From: Candidatus Cloacimonadales bacterium
GTDB taxonomy: Bacteria; Cloacimonadota; Cloacimonadia; Cloacimonadales; JAIOQZ01
NCBI GenBank assembly: GCA_963662655.2
Contig: CAXXTU010000002.1
Coordinates: forward strand, 2,976,001 to 3,040,000
DNA length: 64,000 nucleotides
Direction: 5' to 3'
A program made the translations under genes and the position numbers. Below the pieces are notes generated by a model, which saw only the letters and a list, made by a program, of their open reading frames with translations, was not told where the DNA came from and ran no database searches. Numbering within the stretch: position 1 is the first letter of the stretch; each line of letters starts with the position of its first letter. Shown here piece after piece: positions 9,381 through 21,636 of the stretch.

Positions 9381-11246
9381 ATGAATTCAATTCCCTGGAT
9401 GGAGGGGCTGAGAAGTCAGCCGGACGACGACGCGCGTATTTCGTGGATACGCGATGACGAACACGCTTGCATGTTCAAGGATGCGCCGTTACCGGATCCG
9501 CTCGATCGGCTCAATTCGTTGTTCGACGACAAACGGAAGCTTCGCGAGGCGTACTATTACATAGGCGTACGCTATTACCAGAAGATGCGCATGGAAGAGG
9601 TGCTGGAGTGTTTCCAAACCGTACTGGAGATGAACGATGGCTCGGATTACTTCACGGGCATGGCAAAATTCTATCTGGGTGTGATATTCCGCAACGAGGA
9701 TCGCTTTGAGGAGGCTTATCGGATGTTTCTCGAAGTAATCCCCGTGCTCGAGGAACAAGAGATGATCCTCAGCCTGGCGGGGGCCTATCAGAACCTTGGC
9801 TCGATCGACACCGAGAGAAATCACCTCGAAGACGCAACGAAGAACCTCGAGAGATCAATCGAACTATTCCAGGAAGTCGGTGACGAAACCGGACTCGCCA
9901 TGTCGCTCTCGGATTACGGTGCGGTATGCTGGATTCGCGGTGAAGCAGCCCAGGCATTGAAATACCACTTGCAGGCGTTCAAGAAGCTCGGGGATTCGGA
10001 TAACAGGTTCCTCCTCGCAAACATCCACAATCGAATCGGGTTGTGCTACTATCGCTTCTCTGAATTCGAGAAAGCGCTTACGGAGCACATGAAGGCTCTG
10101 CGGATTCAGGAAGAACACGGCATGCGAAGCTCGTGCGCCTTTTCGCTCAATCACATCGGCGCCATCCACCGCAACCTGAAGAACTACGATCTCGCGCTGG
10201 AGTATTACCGGAAATCGCTGCAAATCTACCTGGATATCAACCACCACCTGGGTATCGGCATGATCTACAACAATATCGGCCTCATATACCAGGATCAGAG
10301 GAATTTCGAAGAAGCGCTAAGCTACTTCCTCAAAGCGAAAGAGATCAAGACGCGCTTCGACCTGCAGCAGACGCTGCCGATCACGCTGGAAAACATCGGA
10401 ATATGCTATACGGAGCTCGGTGACTACGACCAAGCTTTTGCCTGCCAGACACAAGCGCTTGCAATGTACGAGGAAACACCGGGTAACATCGGAAATATCG
10501 GTTGCCTCGTGAGTATCTGCGAACTCTTCGCGTACAAATACCGGGATTCCGGCGAGATGGAATCGTTCCACAAGTCCATGAGATACTACGATATGGTCGA
10601 CGAAGCCATTGGGAAGCGAAACGAGAAGGATATCCGGAGCACGAGACTCCAGTTGCAGGAGATCGGATTGAAGCTGCTGAAGGCGCATGCGGAGAAATTG
10701 TTCAGTAAGGGCGAGTTCGAGCAATCCTCGATCTATTACCGGAAAGCGAACGCGTTGTTCGATTCGATGATCATCCTTCGCGACGAGATATACGACGACC
10801 GCCGGAGAATTCGCATTACCGATTTGCAAATGCTCTATGACATGGAGAAGAAGGAAGCGGAAGCCCAGATCGCGAGGCAGGAAGCGGAAATCATGCGCTT
10901 GAAGAACGTCGAGCTCGAGGAAATGAACCAGCGCCTGATCAGAACCCAAAATGAGATGCTCGAGCTGGAGCGAAATAACTCGATTCTCGCCATGGCCGTT
11001 ACTGCAAACCACGAGATCAATCAACCGCTGATGGTGATTCGCGGGAACCTGGATATGCTGACCCAAAACCTGGGTGGAGACAAAAAAACACCCGAGACGA
11101 TGCGGTATTTATCGCGCATCGACGAATCCTTAATGAAAATAAAGAATATCCTCTGTAAGTTTAAGGAATCGAACAGGATATCCATCGAGGCATACAGCCA
11201 GGGTACGCAAATGGTTGTGTTTGATCGCGATGAAGAGGGGAATTAG
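9381..11246 (+). CDS. TPR-repeat protein with C-terminal HisKA (DHp) domain, no HATPase domain
   Basis: Multiple TPRs; H-box TANHEINQPL; protein ends ~80 aa later without N/G boxes; no TM helix. Confidence 0.8.
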   Translation: MNSIPWMEGLRSQPDDDARISWIRDDEHACMFKDAPLPDPLDRLNSLFDDKRKLREAYYYIGVRYYQKMRMEEVLECFQTVLEMNDGSDYFTGMAKFYLGVIFRNEDRFEEAYRMFLEVIPVLEEQEMILSLAGAYQNLGSIDTERNHLEDATKNLERSIELFQEVGDETGLAMSLSDYGAVCWIRGEAAQALKYHLQAFKKLGDSDNRFLLANIHNRIGLCYYRFSEFEKALTEHMKALRIQEEHGMRSSCAFSLNHIGAIHRNLKNYDLALEYYRKSLQIYLDINHHLGIGMIYNNIGLIYQDQRNFEEALSYFLKAKEIKTRFDLQQTLPITLENIGICYTELGDYDQAFACQTQALAMYEETPGNIGNIGCLVSICELFAYKYRDSGEMESFHKSMRYYDMVDEAIGKRNEKDIRSTRLQLQEIGLKLLKAHAEKLFSKGEFEQSSIYYRKANALFDSMIILRDEIYDDRRRIRITDLQMLYDMEKKEAEAQIARQEAEIMRLKNVELEEMNQRLIRTQNEMLELERNNSILAMAVTANHEINQPLMVIRGNLDMLTQNLGGDKKTPETMRYLSRIDESLMKIKNILCKFKESNRISIEAYSQGTQMVVFDRDEEGN

Positions 11247-11394
11247 ATAATACATTCACTTGGAACGGTAAAATAAAAAAAAGCTTGCGTATATTTTCTC
11301 GTGATCTCAATCTGAACATCCTGTTTCAGGGATGAATTTGTCTCAATACGTTTTAGCGTTATTATCTATGTTGAAACAGGGTAAGGTTTGGAAC

Positions 11395-13230
11395 ATGGAA
11401 GAAATCGAAGGTTTAATTAAACAAGCGACAACAGCTCCGCCACAGAAACAAGTCGAATTGTATCTGGAAATATCGAGGCTGTATTCATCCAATTCCGAAT
11501 CCCGCAGCCTTGAATATGCGAAGAAAGCCTATAACATCTCTGACAAGTATAGTAACAAGCTTGGTAAAACCAAGGCGATGATCGAACTGGCGAACATCAA
11601 CCAGGATTACAAACACAATCCGGAAGCCCTCGATTATTATCGCCAAGCGCTTGGCGCAGCCGAGGAACTTGGCGACCGTGATATCAAGGCGGACGTTCTC
11701 GTCAAAATCGGCAATATCCATTACTCGATGGGAGAATACAGCAAGTCGCTCGACTACTTCTTCCGCTCCTTACGCATTCTGGAAGACATCGACGATAAAG
11801 ACCTCATTGCGAACGTCTCCAACAATATCGGGCGGGGGTACACCGCTTCAGGCAACAACGAGAAGGCGCTCGAGTACTTCATGAATTGCCTGCACATCAA
11901 AGAAACGAGCGGTGACGAGAAGGGGCTGGCGAACGTCAGCAACAACATCGGTATTATCTATCAGAAGAAGGGCGAGTACGACAAGGCCCTCGATTTCTAC
12001 AATCGCTCGCTTGAAATCCAGGAGAAGCTCGGACACCAGCGCGGAAAAGCATCCGTCATCAATAACATCGGTATTATCTACTCCAATATGAATTATAAGG
12101 AGAAAGCGCTCCAGTATTTCTTCGACTCCCTGGTGTTAAAGAAAGAAATCGGCGACGAGAAATCGATCTCGAACTCCTATAGCAATATCGGTAGAACCTA
12201 TGTCGAGTTGGAAGAGTACGATAAAGCGCTGGAAGCGTTAGCTTTGAGCCTCGACCTCGCCAATAAGACCAACGCGAAGGACTTGCAGAGACAGATTCAC
12301 AAAAGCCTTGCCGACCTCTATGAAATCCTGGGCAACCAGCAGCTCGATAAAGGCCAGTACCGCGAGGCGTGTGACCACTACCGGACTTCCATCGAGGAAA
12401 GCCACCTCTACGAGGATTTGCAAATCGACCTCTATAAAGATGCATACAATCGGCAGATTGCGGATATCCAAACGCGCTTCGAGACGGATAAAAGACTTCG
12501 CGAGGCCGAGATTTTCCGGCTGAAGAACATTGAACTCGCGGAAGCGAACGCCACGAAGGACAAATTCTTCACGATCATAGCGCACGACGTCAAGAACCCG
12601 CTCAACTCGCTTCTGATGTCCGTGGAGTACCTCTCGATGCAGCTCGACCACCTGGAACCGGACAAGGTCAAGAAGCTGGTCGGTGTCATGAACAAGGAGA
12701 TAAAATCCATCTCCGAATTGTTCGATAATCTCATGCAGTGGTCTGGATCGCAAACCGGAAAGATGCCCTTCAGCCCTGACAAGCATGAATTGCTGGAGCT
12801 GGCGAAGGAATCTCTGAAGCACATTGAAACGGTTGCGGCGTACAAAGAGATCGATATCTCCATCGATATCCCCGTGGACGCCCTGGTACATGCCGATAAG
12901 AATATGATCATGACCGTCCTGCGTAATCTGGTTACGAATGCGATCAAGTTCTCGCACAACGGAAGCCGGGTGAGCGTCAGTTCAGTGGAGAATGACGATT
13001 ACTGGGAAGTGAGCGTGTGTGATCGCGGCGTCGGTATCGAGGAAGAGCATCTGAAAAAGCTGTTCAGGATCGACTCTCATTTCACGACACGCGGCACGGC
13101 GCACGAGACAGGTACCGGCCTGGGCTTGATCGTCTGCAAGGAATTCGTCGAGAAAAACAACGGCATTATCTACGCTGAAAGTTCGTCTGGTAAAGGCAGC
13201 GTCTTCACGTTTACCCTCCCCAGAGCATAA
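11395..13230 (+). CDS. Cytoplasmic TPR-sensor histidine kinase
   Basis: TPRs; H-box IIAHDVKNP; N-box NLVTNAIKF; DRGVG; GTGLGL; start could be 11332, 11368 or 11395. Confidence 0.9.
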   Translation: MEEIEGLIKQATTAPPQKQVELYLEISRLYSSNSESRSLEYAKKAYNISDKYSNKLGKTKAMIELANINQDYKHNPEALDYYRQALGAAEELGDRDIKADVLVKIGNIHYSMGEYSKSLDYFFRSLRILEDIDDKDLIANVSNNIGRGYTASGNNEKALEYFMNCLHIKETSGDEKGLANVSNNIGIIYQKKGEYDKALDFYNRSLEIQEKLGHQRGKASVINNIGIIYSNMNYKEKALQYFFDSLVLKKEIGDEKSISNSYSNIGRTYVELEEYDKALEALALSLDLANKTNAKDLQRQIHKSLADLYEILGNQQLDKGQYREACDHYRTSIEESHLYEDLQIDLYKDAYNRQIADIQTRFETDKRLREAEIFRLKNIELAEANATKDKFFTIIAHDVKNPLNSLLMSVEYLSMQLDHLEPDKVKKLVGVMNKEIKSISELFDNLMQWSGSQTGKMPFSPDKHELLELAKESLKHIETVAAYKEIDISIDIPVDALVHADKNMIMTVLRNLVTNAIKFSHNGSRVSVSSVENDDYWEVSVCDRGVGIEEEHLKKLFRIDSHFTTRGTAHETGTGLGLIVCKEFVEKNNGIIYAESSSGKGSVFTFTLPRA

Positions 13231-13423
13231 TAGTCATCGCTGTTCGCAACGGATTCTCGTCCTCGGCCCGCACCTTTCAAAATGCTCGCAGGTGTTCCAT
13301 CGAGGCTTCTCTGTAAGGTTTTCGTGCAGTTTTCAAAAAATATTTTGCAATCTAATTTGTTTATTCTCAAATAAATTGTATATTATTAGTCTGTGTCGTT
13401 GAAAACATTTTCGAGAAAATAGG

Positions 13424-13633
13424 TTGACACGAAATCGCCGATTGCAGAGTTTAACGCTCCGCTTCGGCGAAAGCAAAAGCGGATGATCATTGACGCAGTT
13501 AGAGAGCAGGTGAAGCCGGTTTGGATTGGCTGAAAAAAAAAGTCGAAAAAAACCTTGACATAAAAACCTGCAATAGCGAAAGTGACCGAACCTTCAGCGC
13601 AGAAGTGTTGGGGGAAGCGAGATCATTGAAAAC
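13424..13633 (+). promoter_or_regulatory. Tandem rrn promoters, each followed by a hairpin and a boxA-like GATCATTGA
   Basis: TTGACA at 13424 and 13555; GATCATTGA at ~13485 and 13621; A-tract upstream of the second promoter. Confidence 0.7.
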
Positions 13634-13697
13634 GAGAAAAAATAGAGTGAAGTGTAAAGAACTTGCGAGAGAGAGTGACGAGTCAAAATAGAACTTT

Positions 13698-15250
<1,553 letters not shown>

Positions 15251-15451
15251 AGGGAGAAAAATACGATGCTGAACTCGAACCTTTTTTCGAGCAGTTCTTA
15301 CACTTCACTTCTATATAAAGTTTTAGTTCATTATAGTGATATAGAGTGGAATGAAGTGTTTGAAAGAGTACTGAAGAATTGAAGTAAAGAAAGGATACTT
15401 TTCTACATTTATGAATGCTTTTAAAGGCAGTATTCATAAGTGATGAATTTT

Positions 15452-18352
<2,901 letters not shown>

Positions 18353-18426
18353 TTTTCTTTTTCCTTCAAACGGAAGTCTCGATCAATCTGCTTCATTCCA
18401 CTAAAATTATAATCATCAGGGCATTA

Positions 18427-18544
18427 GTGTGGTGGTTCTGGCGGTGAGGTCACACCTGTTCCCATCCCGAACACAGTCGTTAAGCTCACCAGCGCCGATG
18501 GTACTGCTTTGGCAACGAAGTGGGAGAGTAGGTCGCCGCCACAC
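18427..18544 (+). rRNA. rrf: 5S rRNA
   Basis: CACCTGTTCCCATCCCGAACACAG, CGCCGATGGTACT, GGGAGAGTAGGTCGCCGCC; paired ends. Confidence 0.98.
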
Positions 18545-18586
18545 TTATGCCCTGATTTTTCTTTACCACCTCTTTATACGCACCTA

Positions 18587-18625
18587 AAAGCCCCGTGAGA
18601 AAGCTTCTCCCGGGGCTTTGTTGTA
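18587..18625 (+). terminator. rrn terminator hairpin
   Basis: AAAGCCCCG...CGGGGCTTT followed by a T-rich tract. Confidence 0.75.
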
Positions 18626-18735
18626 TTTATATGCAGCGAAGTCGCTTATGAAAAAATACTGATGTTTTACAAAATCTTCATTGACATGCCTCGCTCACGA
18701 TTCCTTACTGGAAGAAATGATTGTTATGAGGAGCC

Positions 18736-21111
18736 ATGAATCTTTTCGATACTATTCAGAGCAAACTCACTCACGTTGAGGGACGCGATCGGTTGAACAA
18801 GCTTTTCGAAGAATGCAAACATCTTATACACAATCACGAAGAAGAGCTTGAACGATTCGCAAGCGAACATAGATGTGAAGATGTTCCAACGGACCCAATT
18901 ACGCTCGCAGAATACAATATATTGCTTATGATGAACGCATTCAACACTGAGGACGATGATGCAGTCGAGATGTATTTCGAACGGGTCAGAAAGATTTATG
19001 AAGACCTTCATGAGCATGATTTGATATGCTCGTTGTTTGTTAAAACCGGCCAAGCATATCTGGAGGTTAGAGAATACGAAACGGCGCTAAAGTACCACTT
19101 GATTGCAAAAGAACTCTTGAAGAAGTCCGGCGACGACGCCCGTTTGAGCCACGTGCTTGCGGATATCGGATTGAACTACTTGAACCTGGGCGCATATGTC
19201 AAGGCAATGGAATATACTCGTAGCAGCATCGAGATCAGCGAGAGACTTGGCAATCTGAATCTGGTTTTTGCTTACAATAATTACGCTTCAATCTACTACA
19301 GCCTGAAGAGGAGCGATAAAGCACTCAAGTATTACCTGTTTGCCCTAAAGAAAGGCGACGAAATGAGTTTCCACAAAATGGACGCTCACATCCTGAATAA
19401 TATCGCGAATATCTACTCGGATAAGAACAACTTCGAGAAAGCTCACGAATACTACATAAGATCGCTCGCTTGCGAGGCAACTCAAGAAGAAAAATACTCA
19501 AGGGCTTCGACAATCAACAACATTGGGATTATTTATTCCAGGCAAAAACAGTTCGATGAGGCAATCCAGTGGTTCGAAAAGTCCATCGCGATTTCAGAGA
19601 AATATGGCTTGCGGGAAACATTGGCAAAAAACCACCTCGATATGAGTCATGTATTCGCCAAGAAGAATGACCATCAGCGAGCCCTCACTTATCTCGATAA
19701 GGCGGAGAAGCTATTTGTGGAGTGTTCCGTACCTAGATACCTATTGTCTATTTTCGTCAATCGCGCGGAAATTATGTTAGCTATGAATCAGTGCGCCGAA
19801 GCGGAGAAAGCGTTAAAATCCGCCATGGAGATTGTTCAGAGAAGTGAAAACGAATACGAGATATCAAGGCTCTACGAGACCTTTACTGCGTTGTACCTAA
19901 GAAAGGGTGATTCTGAGCGCGTAATCGATTATCAGAAGAAGTTGATCGAAGCGCAGAAGGAAGAATACAAGGCCGACTACAACCAGAAACTTGCGGAGAT
20001 GCAGGCGTCGTTCGAGGTGGAACAAAAAGAGAAGGAAGCCGAGATATACCGCATTAAGGCAGTCGAATTGCAGAATAAGAACGATGAGATTTCCGCCCAG
20101 AAAGTCCAGTTGGAGAAAACGCTTCATCAGTTGCGGAAGTCAGAGATCAGCTATGAATTCCTGAACAACGAGATCAAGGAGAGGCTGGGATTCACGATTA
20201 TCGGGGAGAGCCAGCAAATGAAGCAAATCCTCAATCTGGTGCAGCGCGTTGCGCAATCGTCGGCAACCTCGGTGCTGATAACGGGCGAAACGGGAACAGG
20301 CAAGGAGCTCGTGGCGAGAGCGATTCACGAATGCAGTTCCCGCAAGAATGAGAATTTCTGTGCCGTGAATATTTCCAGCATCCCGGAAACGCTGTTCGAG
20401 AGTGAGTTTTTCGGCTACAAGAAGAACGCTTTCACCGGCGCGAAAGAGGACAAGACCGGCTGGTTTGAAATCGCCAACGACGGTACGCTCTTCCTGGATG
20501 AAATCGGCACATGGCTTCCGCAATTGCAATCGAAATTTCTGCGGGTTTTGGAAAGTAAGAAAATTATCCCGGTGGGAAGCGAGCGAGAGATCGAGGTCGA
20601 TTTCCGACTCATCAGCGCCACCAACGACAACTTGCAGGAAATGATCGATGAAAACAGATTCCGCGCCGATCTCTACTACCGCCTTTCGTCTTTCGTGATC
20701 AACATTCCGCCGCTTCGCGAGCGCGTGGAGGACATCCCGGCGTTGCTCGAATACTTCGTGAAGCACTTAAGCAGCCGGCAGAACAAGAGGATCACCCGGA
20801 TCGAGAAGCAGGTGGAATCAGCGCTCATGAGTTACCCTTTCCCGGGGAACGTCAGAGAGCTCAAGAACATGATCGAGCGCGCGGTGATTTTGTCTTCCAC
20901 ATCGGTTTTGAAGCTCTCCAGTTTCACGATCCCGAAAAGCTCTGGGCGTGACGATTCCGTCATTCCGCTCGCAACGATCGAGCGCGAAATGGTCCTTCGA
21001 GCCCTCAAGCAATCCGGCTTTCACCAGAGAAATGCGGCAAAACTGCTCGGAATCACTCCGAAATCTCTCGAGCGCCGTATGATCAAGCACGAGATCAAGC
21101 GCGAAAAATAG
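18736..21111 (+). CDS. TPR-sensor sigma-54 enhancer-binding protein (AAA+, Fis-type HTH)
   Basis: TPRs; Walker A GETGTGKE; ESEFFGY; NAFTGA; Walker B LFLDEIG; RADLYYRL; PGNVREL; AAKLLGI. Confidence 0.92.
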   Translation: MNLFDTIQSKLTHVEGRDRLNKLFEECKHLIHNHEEELERFASEHRCEDVPTDPITLAEYNILLMMNAFNTEDDDAVEMYFERVRKIYEDLHEHDLICSLFVKTGQAYLEVREYETALKYHLIAKELLKKSGDDARLSHVLADIGLNYLNLGAYVKAMEYTRSSIEISERLGNLNLVFAYNNYASIYYSLKRSDKALKYYLFALKKGDEMSFHKMDAHILNNIANIYSDKNNFEKAHEYYIRSLACEATQEEKYSRASTINNIGIIYSRQKQFDEAIQWFEKSIAISEKYGLRETLAKNHLDMSHVFAKKNDHQRALTYLDKAEKLFVECSVPRYLLSIFVNRAEIMLAMNQCAEAEKALKSAMEIVQRSENEYEISRLYETFTALYLRKGDSERVIDYQKKLIEAQKEEYKADYNQKLAEMQASFEVEQKEKEAEIYRIKAVELQNKNDEISAQKVQLEKTLHQLRKSEISYEFLNNEIKERLGFTIIGESQQMKQILNLVQRVAQSSATSVLITGETGTGKELVARAIHECSSRKNENFCAVNISSIPETLFESEFFGYKKNAFTGAKEDKTGWFEIANDGTLFLDEIGTWLPQLQSKFLRVLESKKIIPVGSEREIEVDFRLISATNDNLQEMIDENRFRADLYYRLSSFVINIPPLRERVEDIPALLEYFVKHLSSRQNKRITRIEKQVESALMSYPFPGNVRELKNMIERAVILSSTSVLKLSSFTIPKSSGRDDSVIPLATIEREMVLRALKQSGFHQRNAAKLLGITPKSLERRMIKHEIKREK

Positions 21112-21113
21112 CT

Positions 21114-21171
21114 CGTGACGAAATCGTCTCGCGTAGCGATAGAATTACACCCTCAACGTGACGAAATCGTC
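21114..21171. promoter_or_regulatory. Two 15-bp direct repeats CGTGACGAAATCGTC (candidate upstream activator sites)
   Basis: Exact copies at 21114-21128 and 21157-21171; palindromic core GACGA-AA-TCGTC. Confidence 0.7.
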
Positions 21172-21255
21172 ATTTTACCTATCCAAAGAACATTTTTATT
21201 CCCCTTCTCATCAATGAATACTCGCCAACTCTTTGAAATAACATGAAATAGAGTT

Positions 21256-21272
21256 TTGGCATCCGGAATGCA
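21256..21272 (+). promoter_or_regulatory. Sigma-54 (-24/-12) promoter
   Basis: TTGGCATCCGGAATGCA: GG (21258-21259), N10, GC (21270-21271); downstream of an enhancer-binding protein gene. Confidence 0.75.
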
Positions 21273-21294
21273 ATTAGAAAACCGGGAGCTAAAA

Positions 21295-21636
21295 ATGAAT
21301 CTACTAATGTACAATTTCTTCATGGATTTCGAAACCGCCGAACTGGTCAAGACCCGTCGGAGGGATGTCAGCATGTTTCTGGCGGTGTCGAGTGAGGACA
21401 TCCACCGAATTCTCGGACAGCACAGGATTTCTGGAGCGTTCCTTCATCTGGAAATAAGCGATGGAGAATTGCGGAAGCTATCGAGGAGCTATCCACAAAC
21501 CCGCTTCTTTCTGATCGATCGACCGGAGTCGCAGGATCCATCATTGGAGCAAGTTCGGTTTGTTTCCGAGGATGACGCGCTCGAAGAATTGAAATTGATA
21601 TTGCAGAACCTACACGATACAAGGAGCATGATATGA
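21295..21636 (+). CDS. Small protein (113 aa), possible degenerate receiver (CheY-like) fold
   Basis: ATG 21295 with GGGAG RBS; alternating beta/alpha pattern; stop overlaps the next ATG. Confidence 0.6.
   Translation: MNLLMYNFFMDFETAELVKTRRRDVSMFLAVSSEDIHRILGQHRISGAFLHLEISDGELRKLSRSYPQTRFFLIDRPESQDPSLEQVRFVSEDDALEELKLILQNLHDTRSMI

Noticed and set aside
21114..21171. Direct repeats as a mini-CRISPR
   Set aside because: Only two 15-bp copies and no cas genes; position fits activator sites.
21256..21294. TTG start given for the 126-aa ORF
   Set aside because: It falls inside the -24 box; ATG 21295 has an RBS.
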